Assembly: GCA_965217045.1 (NCBI GenBank)
Contig: OZ244228.1
Coordinates: 586,428 to 650,427 of the forward strand
Reading direction: 5' to 3'
Length of the DNA: 64,000 bases
Source of the DNA: Vicinamibacterales bacterium
GTDB taxonomy: Bacteria; Acidobacteriota; Vicinamibacteria; Vicinamibacterales; UBA8438
Shown: positions 26,926-37,277 of the stretch, piece by piece
Layout of the letters: each line of letters begins with the position of its first letter
Numbering within the stretch: the stretch's first letter is position 1
The notes under the pieces: generated by a model
What the model was told of the DNA's origin: nothing
The model's database searches: none
Seen by the model: only the letters and a program-made list of their open reading frames with translations
Position numbers and translations under genes: made by a program

Positions 26926-28338
26926 CTACGGAAACACGCCCATCTGCAGGTAGGCCTGGGCGACGCGCTCGATCGCGAGGTGGAACGCGGCCGTGCGCAG
27001 ATCGTCGATCCCGTTCACGGTATGCATGGTGTCGCGGATCTGCTGATAGGCGCTGCTCATGGTCTCTTCGAGGCCGGAGTTGACCACGGTCATTTCGTGA
27101 ATGGGCCGCACGACCTGAGCGCGCTCGCTGGCGCTCAGCGTGGTGCCCGTCACCGACTCGATGACCCCCAGCAGCCGGTTGTCGGCGCGCTCCTGGTGGC
27201 GGCGCTCCAGGCGGCCGAACCGGACGTGGGACAAGTTCTTGAGCCACTCGAAGTACGACACGATGACGCCGCCCGCGTTGGCGTAGACGTCCGGAATGAT
27301 CAGGATGCCGCGTGAGCCGAAGATGGCGTCCGCTTCCGGCGTGGTCGGGCCATTGGCACCCTCCACGATGATGCGGGCCGCGACGCGGCCGGCGTTCTCC
27401 GCCGTGAGCTGGTTTTCGACGGCAGCCGGGATGAGCACCTCGCAGTCCAGCTCCAGGGCGTCACGCGGGTCGTCGTGCATGGTGGCGTCCGGGAACCCCG
27501 CCACGCTGCCGGTGGTGTCGATGTGTCGGCGCACGGCCTCTGGATCGAGGCCGCCGGGACTCGCGATCGTGCCGGTCCGGTCCGCGACACCGACGATCCG
27601 CGCGCCGTCGGCGTGGCAGAACTTCGCGGCCCAGAAGCCGACCTTGCCGAAACCCTGCACGACGATCCGCTTGCCGTCGAGCCCCGAGCCCAGGCCGAGC
27701 CGCTGCATGTCGTGCTTCTGAGCGCAGGCTTCCCGCAGCGCGTAGTACAGCCCGCGGCCGGTCGCCTCGGTGCGCCCGGCGACGCCCCCCTGCGATACGG
27801 GCTTGCCGGTCACGCACCCCAGGGCATCGATCTGATCGCCGCGGACGGCCTGGTAGGTGTCCGCGATCCAGGCCATCTCGCGGGCGCTCGTTCCGAGGTC
27901 CGGCGCCGGCACGTCGACCGCAGGTCCGATGAAGTTCTTGCGGATCAACTCGTGCGTGTAGCGCCGCGTGACGCGTTCGATCTGCTCGGCCGTGTACCGC
28001 GCCGTGTCGATCTGGATGGCACCCTTGGCGCCGCCGTACGGGACGTCGACGATCGCGCACTTGTACGTCATCAGCGCCGCCAGCGCCATCACCTCGTCCT
28101 CGTCCACCTCGGCGCTGTAGCGGATGCCGCCCTTGACCGGGAGCCGGTGGTGGCTGTGCTCGGCGCGCCAGGCGCGGACCACCGTGAGCGTCCCGTCGCC
28201 TTGACGGACCGGGAAGTCGAAGCGGTAGACGCTGTTGCAGCGCTTGATCTGGTCCAGCAGACCGGCCGGATGCGAGCCGAAGGCGGCCGCGCGATCGAAG
28301 TAGCGGGTGACGTCCGTGAAGAATCGTCGTGCAGGCAT
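26926..28338 (-). CDS. gdh: Glu/Leu/Phe/Val dehydrogenase family (glutamate dehydrogenase-like)
   Basis: It has the catalytic motif PYGGAKG and the Rossmann motif VQGFGKVG in a 470-aa protein. Confidence 0.9.
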   Translation of the reverse strand: MPARRFFTDVTRYFDRAAAFGSHPAGLLDQIKRCNSVYRFDFPVRQGDGTLTVVRAWRAEHSHHRLPVKGGIRYSAEVDEDEVMALAALMTYKCAIVDVPYGGAKGAIQIDTARYTAEQIERVTRRYTHELIRKNFIGPAVDVPAPDLGTSAREMAWIADTYQAVRGDQIDALGCVTGKPVSQGGVAGRTEATGRGLYYALREACAQKHDMQRLGLGSGLDGKRIVVQGFGKVGFWAAKFCHADGARIVGVADRTGTIASPGGLDPEAVRRHIDTTGSVAGFPDATMHDDPRDALELDCEVLIPAAVENQLTAENAGRVAARIIVEGANGPTTPEADAIFGSRGILIIPDVYANAGGVIVSYFEWLKNLSHVRFGRLERRHQERADNRLLGVIESVTGTTLSASERAQVVRPIHEMTVVNSGLEETMSSAYQQIRDTMHTVNGIDDLRTAAFHLAIERVAQAYLQMGVFP

Positions 28339-28398
28339 GGTCGGTCATTGTCGCAAGTTGGCCGCGCGACTGCCAGGTAGACTTTCCTGACGGAGGCG

Positions 28399-29451
28399 AT
28401 GTCTCTCATGCCCGAGCTGATGCTCATCGTCGGATTCGTCGTGGTCGCGTCGGCTACGTGCTCTCTCTTTGAGGCCGTGCTCTACTCCGTCCCCGCGAGC
28501 CGCATCGAGGTGCTCGAGCGGGCGGGGCACGGGTCGGGCCGCCTGCTCACGCGCTTGCGGGGGCAGGTGGACCGTCCGATCGCCGCCATCCTGTCGCTGA
28601 ACACGATCGCGAACACGGGCGGCGGCGCGCTCGCGGGCGCCATCGCGGCGCGGGAGTTCGGCGACGGCAACGTGGTCTATTTCTCCGCGGCCTTCACGCT
28701 GGCGATCCTGCTGTTCGCGGAGGTCCTGCCCAAGACGGTGGGCGTGGTCTACGCAAGCCGCCTCGCGGCTTGGATCGCGTACCCGCTGCACGGATTGGTG
28801 GTGTTGTTCCTGCCGCTCGTGGCGTTGACGCGGGTGGCGACGAAGCTCGTTGCGAAGGGACACCAGGAGCACGGCGTTTCCGACGAAGAGCTGCTCACCC
28901 TGGTCGGGTCGGGCCTGCGTGCGGGCACGCTCAAGCCGTACGAAGCGAGCGTCATCCGGAACGTGCTGTCGCTGGAGACGCGGACGGCGAAGGACGTCAT
29001 GACGCCGCGGCCGGTCGTGTTCACGCTGGCCGCCGGGGTCAGCGCGCGTGAGGCCGCCGCGCTCGACGAGTTGAGCAAGCACAGCCGGGTGCCGGTCTTC
29101 GACGTCGACCCCGACGACCTGGTGGGCGTCGTGCACCGGCAGGACGTGCTGGCGGCGGTCGCCAGGAACCGGCTCGACGTCACGCTCGACGACATGATGC
29201 GGCCGCTGTACTTCGCCGTCGACTCGACACCGCTCGACGAGTTGCTGCGAACGTTCCTCGATCGCCGCCAGCATCTGGTGGCGGTCATCGACGAGTTCGG
29301 GGCGTTCGTGGGGATCGTCACGCTCGAGGATGTGCTCGAGGAGCTGATCGGCCGTGAGATCGTCGACGAGTTCGATCAGATCACGGACCTGCGGACGTAC
29401 GCTCACCGGCGCCGGGACGAGATTCTGCGGCGGCGGGGAAGGGCGTTGTAG
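28399..29451 (+). CDS. CNNM/HlyC-CorC family transporter (DUF21 + CBS pair)
   Basis: It has N-terminal DUF21 TM helices (LNTIANTGGG) followed by a CBS-pair region. Confidence 0.9.
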   Translation: MSLMPELMLIVGFVVVASATCSLFEAVLYSVPASRIEVLERAGHGSGRLLTRLRGQVDRPIAAILSLNTIANTGGGALAGAIAAREFGDGNVVYFSAAFTLAILLFAEVLPKTVGVVYASRLAAWIAYPLHGLVVLFLPLVALTRVATKLVAKGHQEHGVSDEELLTLVGSGLRAGTLKPYEASVIRNVLSLETRTAKDVMTPRPVVFTLAAGVSAREAAALDELSKHSRVPVFDVDPDDLVGVVHRQDVLAAVARNRLDVTLDDMMRPLYFAVDSTPLDELLRTFLDRRQHLVAVIDEFGAFVGIVTLEDVLEELIGREIVDEFDQITDLRTYAHRRRDEILRRRGRAL

Positions 29452-29544
29452 CCGCGGACTGCGCGCGCTGGCGCGCCGGTCGACTTTCGGGGTACGCTCC
29501 GCTACTAGTGTCGCCGGCCGCGGCAGCGCCGGTTGGGCGCACGG

Positions 29545-29682
29545 TCAGCGGGGCCGTATTCGCCAAGCCATGTAGCCGACGAACCCGACGAACCCGGCCG
29601 CTACGAGCTCGAGTGGCAGGAGCACCGGGACGATGCTGCACACGACGATGAATCCGACGGTCATCAGTGCCAACCGCTGCAT
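29545..29682 (-). CDS. Possible 45-aa hydrophobic small protein
   Basis: The translation is MQRLALMTVGFIVVCSIVPVLLPLELVAAGFVGFVGYMAWRIRPR. GC3 is high and two TM-like stretches are present, but no convincing RBS. It is below the 60-aa cutoff of the ORF track. Confidence 0.25.
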   Translation of the reverse strand: MQRLALMTVGFIVVCSIVPVLLPLELVAAGFVGFVGYMAWRIRPR

Positions 29683-29808
29683 CGGCTTGGTCTCGCTAGT
29701 CTCCAGGACAACGATAGTCCCGTTGCGCGTTCCAGCTCAACCGAATGTCGTTCGACGCGGTGGTCCGCGCAAGCGAACCCCCGCCGCCGGTCGCCCTGAC
29801 GTGATCTC

Positions 29809-32637
29809 ATGCGGTTGCTGCCTGCCTGCACCCTCTCGGTCGTAACCGTCCTGCTCGTCGCGGCGCCTGCCGCGCCGGCCGCCCAGGAACTGGCGGCGCC
29901 GGACCGCGGCGTGCCGCAGGCAGGCGACCGCGTGGCCGTCGTTCCGTTCGCCAACATCACCGGCGCACCGGAAGACGACTGGATCGGCGCAGGCGTCGCC
30001 GCGACCGTGGCGGTCGACCTCGAGCGCGTCGCGAGCGTCGCGACGGTCGCTGGCGGCGGCGCGGGAGGTGAGCCGGCGGTCGAGGTGGGACGCCGCCTGG
30101 GCACGCCCTGGGTCGTGGCCGGCGGCTACCAGCGGATCGGGGACCGCATCAGAATTACGGCGCGTCTCGTGCACGTCGCCAGCGGCACGGTGACCCGCGC
30201 GGCCAACGTCGCCGGCCCGCTCGGCGAGCTCTTCATGCTCCAGGATCGAGTCGCCGCGGCGCTCATGCAGGATGACGCAGCCTCCATCGTCGAGCAGGCC
30301 GCCGCTGCCGCCGCCCGCGTCCGGCCGCCCCCGGCGGCTGCAGGCGGCGTGCCCGGGGCGGGTGAGGCGCAGGGCGGTGGCGGCTTCGCGCCGGTCTTCT
30401 CCAACGCGGCGATCGATGGGCCGCCGGCGCCGGTACCGCCCGAGGTCCTCACGCGGGACGCGGACGGACGGGCGACGGTGCGCGCGTTCCGCCTCACCGG
30501 GGAGCTGGACCTGGACGGCTCGCTCCGCGAGGCCGTCTACGAGCAGATACGGCCGGTCAGCGGATTCATCCAGCAGTTGCCCCTGGAGGGGGCCCCGGCC
30601 ACGGAGCGGACGGAGGTCTGGGTGTTCTTCGATGAGGAGAACGTCTACGTGGCCGCGCGGTGCTGGGACTCCGCGCCCGAGGATCAGTGGATCGCCAACG
30701 AGATGCAGCGCGACGCGTTCCAGCTCATCAACAACGACTGGTTCAGCGTGGCGTTCGACACGTTCTACGACCGGCGCAACGGCATGGCGTTCCTGGTGAA
30801 TCCGATCGGAGGATTCTTCGACTACGAGATCAGCGACGAGGGGAGCCCGAACAACGACTGGAATCCGGTCTGGGACATGCGCACCGGCCGGTTCGAGGGC
30901 GGCTGGACGGTCGAGATGCAGGTCCCCTTCAAGTCGCTGCGCTTCCAACAGGGGCAGTCGCAGCTGTGGGGCGTGCAGTTCGCGCGCCGCATGCGGCGCA
31001 AGAACGAGACGGCCCATCTGACGCCGGTCCCGATTGCGGTGGGCCCCGGCATGTTTCGCCTGTCGGCCGCCGCCACGCTGGTCGGACTGGAGGTGGCGTC
31101 GCAGAACCGGCGGCTGGAGGTCAAGCCGTACGCGATCGGTTCGTCGGCCACGGACCTGACCGCCGACCCGCCCTTCTCGAACCGCGGCGCCGGCGACGGG
31201 GGGATCGACGCCAAGTGGGGAGTGACCCAGAACCTGACGGCCGACTTCACCTACAACACGGATTTCGCGCAGGTCGAGGTGGACCAGCAGCAGGTGAACC
31301 TGACGCGCTTCAGCCTGTTCTTCCCGGAGAAGCGCGAGTTCTTCCTCGAGGCCCGGGGCATCTTCGACTTCGGCGCCGGGCCCAACGTGCTCGGGACCGG
31401 CGGCGGCGGCAGCAGCGGCGGCCGCCTCCAGGGCCCGCCCGGGACGCGCGCCGGCAGCGACGTGCCGCTGGTCTTCTTCAGCCGGCGCATCGGCCTGCAG
31501 GAAGGACGCACGGTGCCGATCGTCGGCGGCGGCCGGCTGACCGGCAAGGTCGGCCAGTTCAGCATCGGCGCGGTGAACATGCAGACCGACGATGCGCCCG
31601 CTGCGAACGCCATGGCCACCAACTTCACGGTCGTGCGCCTGAAGCGGGACATCCTGCGCCGCAGCCGGATCGGCGCCATCTTCACCCGCCGCTCGGTGTC
31701 GCTGGACCGCAACGGCGAGAACGACGCCTACGGTCTCGACGGCTCGTTCGCGTTCTACGACAACGTGACGTTCAACGGCTACTACGCCCGCACGCGCACG
31801 TACGGCCGCGAGGGCGACGACACCAGCTACCAGGCGGCCTTCACGTACGACGCCGATCTGTTCGGTCTGCAGGTGGACCACCTGCTGGTCGGCAAGAACT
31901 TCAACCCGGAGGTGGGGTTCCTGCGGCGCCTGGACTTCCGGCGCTCGTTCGTGGCGGCCCACTACCGCCCGCGGCCCGCGATCGAGGCCATACGCCAGTT
32001 CACGGTCGGCGGCAGCCTGGACTACATCGAGAACGGCGCGCGCGACCTCGAGACCCGCGCGGCCCGGGCGGAGTTCGTCACCGAGTTCGAGAACAGCGAC
32101 CGCTTGACGGTCGACGTCATGCAGAACTACGAGCTGCTCGTCGAGCCGTTCGAGGTCGCCACGGACGTGGCGATTCCGATCGGCGGGTACCAGTTCCAGG
32201 ACGTGTTCCTGTCGTATCTCATGGGCCAGCAGCGGCGGGTCTCCGGCACCGCGTTCGTGCAGCGCGGGGCGTTCTTCGGCGGCGACATCACCGCGTTCGG
32301 GTACCGCCAGGGGCGCATCGGGGTGACGCCGCAGATGTCGATCGAGCCGACCATTGCGATCAACCGCATCGCCCTCCCGCAGGGGCGGTTCACGGCGGCG
32401 GTCGCGACGACCCGCACGACCTACACGTTCACGTCGCGGATGTTCCTGTCGGCGCTCGTGCAGTACAACTCGAGCCTGGAGCAGATGGGGACGAACGTAC
32501 GGTTCCGCTGGGAGTACAGTCCCGGCAGCGAGCTGTTTGTCGTCTACAACGATCAGCGGGACACCACGCTGCGCGGCGTGCCGCTGCTCGAGACCCGCGC
32601 CTTCATCGTCAAGTTCACGAGGCTCCTCCGATTCTGA
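29809..32637 (+). CDS. TolB-N-like domain fused to a CBM9-like/DUF5916 outer-membrane-type protein
   Basis: It has a signal peptide and the N-terminal module VAVVPFANITGAPEDDWIG...GDRIRITARLV. A DUF5916-type region follows (VWVFFDEENVYVAARCWD, WNPVWD, QVPFKSLRF), with a C-terminal ...FTRLLRF. Confidence 0.85.
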   Translation: MRLLPACTLSVVTVLLVAAPAAPAAQELAAPDRGVPQAGDRVAVVPFANITGAPEDDWIGAGVAATVAVDLERVASVATVAGGGAGGEPAVEVGRRLGTPWVVAGGYQRIGDRIRITARLVHVASGTVTRAANVAGPLGELFMLQDRVAAALMQDDAASIVEQAAAAAARVRPPPAAAGGVPGAGEAQGGGGFAPVFSNAAIDGPPAPVPPEVLTRDADGRATVRAFRLTGELDLDGSLREAVYEQIRPVSGFIQQLPLEGAPATERTEVWVFFDEENVYVAARCWDSAPEDQWIANEMQRDAFQLINNDWFSVAFDTFYDRRNGMAFLVNPIGGFFDYEISDEGSPNNDWNPVWDMRTGRFEGGWTVEMQVPFKSLRFQQGQSQLWGVQFARRMRRKNETAHLTPVPIAVGPGMFRLSAAATLVGLEVASQNRRLEVKPYAIGSSATDLTADPPFSNRGAGDGGIDAKWGVTQNLTADFTYNTDFAQVEVDQQQVNLTRFSLFFPEKREFFLEARGIFDFGAGPNVLGTGGGGSSGGRLQGPPGTRAGSDVPLVFFSRRIGLQEGRTVPIVGGGRLTGKVGQFSIGAVNMQTDDAPAANAMATNFTVVRLKRDILRRSRIGAIFTRRSVSLDRNGENDAYGLDGSFAFYDNVTFNGYYARTRTYGREGDDTSYQAAFTYDADLFGLQVDHLLVGKNFNPEVGFLRRLDFRRSFVAAHYRPRPAIEAIRQFTVGGSLDYIENGARDLETRAARAEFVTEFENSDRLTVDVMQNYELLVEPFEVATDVAIPIGGYQFQDVFLSYLMGQQRRVSGTAFVQRGAFFGGDITAFGYRQGRIGVTPQMSIEPTIAINRIALPQGRFTAAVATTRTTYTFTSRMFLSALVQYNSSLEQMGTNVRFRWEYSPGSELFVVYNDQRDTTLRGVPLLETRAFIVKFTRLLRF

Positions 32638-32650
32638 CGCGCCGCGCCCC

Positions 32651-34387
32651 ATGACGCCTCTCGCCCGCCAGCTGGACTACTGGACGAGCCGCCGCGAGAC
32701 CCGCGCCAACCTCGCCCAGCTGCTGCGGTACCTCGGCTTCCTCGCGCTCCTCGTCAGCACCTACGCGGTGCTGTTTCACGTGCTCATGCTGTACGTCGAG
32801 GGTGAGCGGCACTCGTGGATCACCGGGTTCTACTGGACCCTCGTCGTGATGACCACGCTGGGCTTCGGCGACGTGACCTTCACCAGCGACATCGGCCGCG
32901 TGTTCAGCCTGCTCGTGCTGGGGTCGGGTCTCGTCTTCCTGCTGGTCATGCTGCCGTTCCTCCTCGTGCAGCTGCTCTACGTCCCCTGGCTCGAGGCCCG
33001 CGAGCGGAGCCGCGTCCCCCGCGAAGTGCCGCGCGGCACCGCGAATCACGTGATCATCGCGGAGTACGACCCGATAGCGGACGGGTTGGCGCAGCGCCTG
33101 GAGGCCGAGGGCGTGCCCTGCTTCACGATCGAGCCGGATCCGGCCCGGGCCGCGGACCTGATGGAGAAGGGCATGCGGGTGGTGGCCGGCGAGAACGACA
33201 GCCAGCTCACGTACGAGCGGCTGAAGACGAGCCGGGCCCGGCTCGTCTTCGCCAACGGCACGGACACCGAGAACACGAACATCACCCTCATCGCGCGTGA
33301 GGTGTCCGCGGACGTGCGGGTCGCTGCCGTTGCCGAGGAGGAGGACTCGATAGACATCCTCGAGCTGAGCGGGGCCGATGCCGTGCTCCCGCTCAAGAAG
33401 CAGCTCGGCGAGTATCTCGCAAGCCGCGTGCATTCGGGCCGGGCCGAGGCCCACGTCGTCGGATCGATCCGCGACCTCCAGATAGCCGAGTTCCCTGCGC
33501 GCGGCACGTCGTTCGTGCAATCCACCATCGGCGACACGCACCTGCGGCGGCGCACCGGGCTCACCGTCGTGGGCCTGTGGAACCGCGGGTCGCTGCAACC
33601 GGCGTACCCGCACACGGTCATCAAAGACGCGAGCATCGTCGTGGTGATCGGCACCGTGTCGCAGCTGGACGATCTGAAGCGCCTGCTGCCCGGCAGCGCC
33701 GACTCGCCCAAGCCGGTGCTCCTGATCGGCGTGGGCAAGGTCGGCCAGGCCGCGGCCCGGGCGCTCCGGCGCCGGGGTGCGGTGGTGCACGCCATCGATC
33801 GGAATCGCGACGTGCTCGCGGCGATCAGGGATGATGTCCATGCGGTCTTTCCGGGCGACGCCGCGGACCGCCAGCTGATCGAGCGCGCCGGCGTCACGTG
33901 GGCCGGATCGGTGCTGCTCACCACAAGCGACGACGCGATGAACAGCTATCTGGCGTTGTACTGCCGGCGCCTCAATCCGGCCATTCACATCGTCAGCCGC
34001 GTGACGCGGAACGTGGAAGCCATTCATCGGGCGGGCGCCGATTTCGTGCTGAGCGACACGACGCTCGGCGTCGAGGCGGTGATGTCGCTGGTGGAAGGCT
34101 ACGAGCCGGTGCTGCTGGGGGGGGAGGTCAGGCTGTTCCCGCTCGGGGTACCGCGGTCGCTCGCCGGCCGGACCCTGCAGGAGTCGGGCATCGGATCGCG
34201 GACCGGCATGAGTGTGGTCGCCGTGCAGCACGACGACCGGTTCATCAGTCCGCTGACCGCCGACACCGTCCTGCCGGACGGGGGCGAGCTTCTCCTGCTC
34301 GGCAACCTGGAGCAGCGTCGCTCGTTCGCGCGGCTCTTTCAACAGGGCGAGCCCGGTCGCCGCTACCGGTTGTCGTGCGCGTGCTAG
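32651..34387 (+). CDS. Potassium channel with two RCK/TrkA-N domains
   Basis: It has the selectivity filter TTLGFGD after two TM helices, followed by two RCK-like domains. The ATG at 32651 lies inside the longer ORF. Confidence 0.85.
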   Translation: MTPLARQLDYWTSRRETRANLAQLLRYLGFLALLVSTYAVLFHVLMLYVEGERHSWITGFYWTLVVMTTLGFGDVTFTSDIGRVFSLLVLGSGLVFLLVMLPFLLVQLLYVPWLEARERSRVPREVPRGTANHVIIAEYDPIADGLAQRLEAEGVPCFTIEPDPARAADLMEKGMRVVAGENDSQLTYERLKTSRARLVFANGTDTENTNITLIAREVSADVRVAAVAEEEDSIDILELSGADAVLPLKKQLGEYLASRVHSGRAEAHVVGSIRDLQIAEFPARGTSFVQSTIGDTHLRRRTGLTVVGLWNRGSLQPAYPHTVIKDASIVVVIGTVSQLDDLKRLLPGSADSPKPVLLIGVGKVGQAAARALRRRGAVVHAIDRNRDVLAAIRDDVHAVFPGDAADRQLIERAGVTWAGSVLLTTSDDAMNSYLALYCRRLNPAIHIVSRVTRNVEAIHRAGADFVLSDTTLGVEAVMSLVEGYEPVLLGGEVRLFPLGVPRSLAGRTLQESGIGSRTGMSVVAVQHDDRFISPLTADTVLPDGGELLLLGNLEQRRSFARLFQQGEPGRRYRLSCAC

Positions 34388-34428
34388 CAACTGGCCGGTG
34401 CAGGCCCGCTCGGGTCTGACAGCTCGCG

Positions 34429-35774
34429 ATGCGCATAGTCATCGTCGGTGGCGGCGCCGTCGGGTACGCGCTTGCCGAGGCCCTGGCGGCTCACCACGAC
34501 ATCTTCGTCATCGACCCGGATGCCGAAGGCGCGATCACCTGGCCCAGCTCGACGTCGGGTTCGTTCCCGGCAGCGGCACGGACCCTGAGGTGCTGCGACG
34601 CGCCTCCATCGAACGCACCGACCTGCTGATTGCCACGACCGGCCTCGACGAGGTGAACATCGTTGCGTGCTCGATCGCCCACCAGGTGGGGAAGTGCGAG
34701 ACGATCTGCTTCGTAAGCAGGCAGGATCTCCTGCCTGCAACCGGCGGCACCGACAGCTTGCGTCAGCACTTCGGCATCGGGCACGTGGTGTGGCCCGAGG
34801 CGCAACTCGCCGATGCGATCGACCGCATCATCATGGTCCCGGGTGCGCTCGATGCGAATCTCTTTGCCGACGGGCGCATCGAGTTGTTCGAGTTTCGCGT
34901 CGAGCCGTCGTCGCCGCTCCTGCGTGGCCCGATCGCGTCAATCGACCTGCCGCCGGGCGTCGTTGTCGCGGCGGTCGGGCGTGCGGGCTCCATCTCCATT
35001 CCACGCGGGGACTTCCGACTGACGGCCGGTGACCGGGTGGTCGTCATCGGCAGTCGCGAGGGAGTCGACCGGCTCCGTCGACGCGTTTTTCCGGCTGCCG
35101 ACGCAAGTCCGCAGATGGTCACGATCGTCGGTGGCGGTGACGTCGGCATGCGGTTGGCGCAGCGACTGGACAGTGTCCCGGGGATGCAGTTGCGCGTGAT
35201 CGAGCGGAGCCGCGCGCGCGGCGAGTTCATCGCCGGCGCCCTTCGTAACGCCCTGGTGCTCAACGGGGACGGCACCGACCTCGGGCTGCTCGAAGCCGAG
35301 GAGATCGGTCGCAGCGACGTGATGGTGTCCGTCATGGACAACGACGAAAGCAACCTGTTCGCGAGCCTGCTCGGGCGTCAGCTCGGCGTCGGCAAGGTGA
35401 TCACGCGTGTCAGCAGGCAGGCCAACCTGCGGGTGTTCGAGCGGGTCGGCATCGACGTCGCGCTGTCCGCCCGCGGTGCCGCGGTGGCCTCGGTGATCCA
35501 CCGGATCGACGGCGGTCGCTCCAGCCTGCTGGCCGTTCTCGGGGGGGGGCAGGCCAGGGTGGTGGAGCTGACCGTTCCGGCCGGCTACCCTGCCGTCGCG
35601 CTGCGGGATCTGGCGCTCCCCCGCGAATCGATCGTGACCATGCTGCTGCGAAGAGGCGACGTCGTCGTCCCGGGAGGTCTGGACGAAGTCAGAGTGGGAG
35701 ATCGGCTCCTCATCTGTTGCACGGATGCCGCCGTGGCGGCCGTCCGCGACGCCTTCTCCCCGGCCGGTTCCTAG
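34429..35774 (+). CDS. trkA: Trk system NAD-binding component TrkA, interrupted by an apparent 1-nt frameshift near 34531-34534
   Basis: The N-terminal Rossmann part MRIVIVGGGAVGYALAEAL...FVIDPDAEGA is in frame 1 (ORF 34429..34629). The rest (DHLAQLDVGFVPGSGTDPEVL... to 35774) is in frame 0 (ORF 34398..35774). Confidence 0.8.
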
Positions 35775-35791
35775 CCGGAATCGTCGAGAGC

Positions 35792-37231
35792 ATGCGCATC
35801 TCCGTCGTTATTCATGTCGTCGGCCGCGTGCTCGGCGCGGCGTTTCTCGCACCCGTCGTTGTCATCGTCCTGCTGGGCGAGGCCGACGCACTGGGCGGCT
35901 TTCTGCTCGGCGGCCTCGTGACGGCGAGCGCCGGCCAGCTCATGGTCCTGGCCGGCCGCGAGCCCGGCGAGGACCTGCGCCGCATCGAGGCGCTGGCCGT
36001 CGTTGCCGGCGCATGGCTGCTGGTCGCGCTGTTGGGAGCCATCCCGTACGTCTGGAAGGGGCTTGGCATCGTCGACGCGACGTTCGAGTCGATGTCCGGC
36101 TTCACGACGACCGGCGCCACCATCCTGGTCGACTTCGAGCAGCTGGGTCCGGCGACGATGTTCTGGCGCGCGTTGACCCAGTGGCTCGGCGGCATGGGCG
36201 TGATTACCCTGTTCGTCGCGGTGCTCCCGCGGCTCGGGGTCGGTGTGCGCCAGCTGTTCTTCGCGGAAACCCCGGGGCCGACCGCTCCGGTATTGACGCC
36301 CCACGTTCGCGACACCGCCGCCTATCTGTGGCGACTCTATGCCGGTCTGACGGCGGCGGAGCTGATTGCGCTGACGGCAGCCGGCATGCCGCTCTTCGAT
36401 GCGGCGTGTCATTCCCTGACGACGCTGGCCGCCGGCGGGTTCTCGCCGAGTCCGCTCTCGATCATGGGGTATCGGAGCCCGGCCATCGAGTGGATCATCT
36501 GCGTGTTCATGTTCCTGGCGAGTGCGAACTTCGCCCTCCAGTACCGGGCGCTGCTGGGCCGGCCCGGCGAGCTCCTGAAGGATGAGGAGTTCAAGGCCTA
36601 CGCCGGCGTCGCGCTGGGCGGTGCCGTCCTGCTGTCCTCGATTCTCTGGCTGAGCGGCGCAGCCGAGCCCGTGCGCCACGCGCTTTTTCAGACGCTCTCG
36701 ATACTGACGACGACCGGCTTTGCGAGCGTCGACTTCGACCTCTGGTCCGACCACGCGAAGGTGGTCCTGCTCGCGTTGATGTTCATCGGGGGCTCGGCCG
36801 GTTCCGCCGCGGGCGGGGCGAAGGTTCTCAGGCACCTGTTGATCGGTCGCTACGCGTTGTCGGAGCTCCGCCGAACGCTGCATCCGCGCGGCGTGTTTCC
36901 GGTGAAGCTCGGCGGCAGGGTCGTATCGGAGGCGATCGTGCGCGGCGTGCTCGTCTTCTTTCTGTCGTACGTCTTCGTCTTCGCGGTGACCGCGGCGACC
37001 ATGATCGGGTTGGGCGCCGACATCGTGACGGGCGTGACCGCGAGCGCCGCCGCGCTCGGCAACATCGGTCCCGGATTCGCGGGAGTCGGGCCGCTGGCGA
37101 GCTACGGCGACCTGCACCCGGTCAGCAAGGTCCTGCTGACCGTGACGATGTGGATCGGCCGGCTGGAGATCGTCGCTGTACTGGCGTTTTTCCGCTGGGA
37201 AGTGTGGCGCGCAGCGCGCTGGCGCACGTAG
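35792..37231 (+). CDS. trkH: TrkH-family potassium uptake protein
   Basis: It has the FESMSGFTTTGATIL motif and multiple TM repeats. The ATG at 35792 lies inside the longer ORF. Confidence 0.9.
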   Translation: MRISVVIHVVGRVLGAAFLAPVVVIVLLGEADALGGFLLGGLVTASAGQLMVLAGREPGEDLRRIEALAVVAGAWLLVALLGAIPYVWKGLGIVDATFESMSGFTTTGATILVDFEQLGPATMFWRALTQWLGGMGVITLFVAVLPRLGVGVRQLFFAETPGPTAPVLTPHVRDTAAYLWRLYAGLTAAELIALTAAGMPLFDAACHSLTTLAAGGFSPSPLSIMGYRSPAIEWIICVFMFLASANFALQYRALLGRPGELLKDEEFKAYAGVALGGAVLLSSILWLSGAAEPVRHALFQTLSILTTTGFASVDFDLWSDHAKVVLLALMFIGGSAGSAAGGAKVLRHLLIGRYALSELRRTLHPRGVFPVKLGGRVVSEAIVRGVLVFFLSYVFVFAVTAATMIGLGADIVTGVTASAAALGNIGPGFAGVGPLASYGDLHPVSKVLLTVTMWIGRLEIVAVLAFFRWEVWRAARWRT

Positions 37232-37277
37232 CGCGCACCCTTTTCTCGGTGCAGGTGATCTGCTATTCTTCGCGCCT

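Noticed and set aside
34398-34530. GTG 34398 as the true trkA start, which would give a single uninterrupted ORF.
   Set aside because: The first ~45 residues in that frame are Arg-rich nonsense (MQARSGLTARDAHSHRRWRRRRVRACRG...). The overlapping frame encodes a textbook GxGxxG Rossmann N-terminus.
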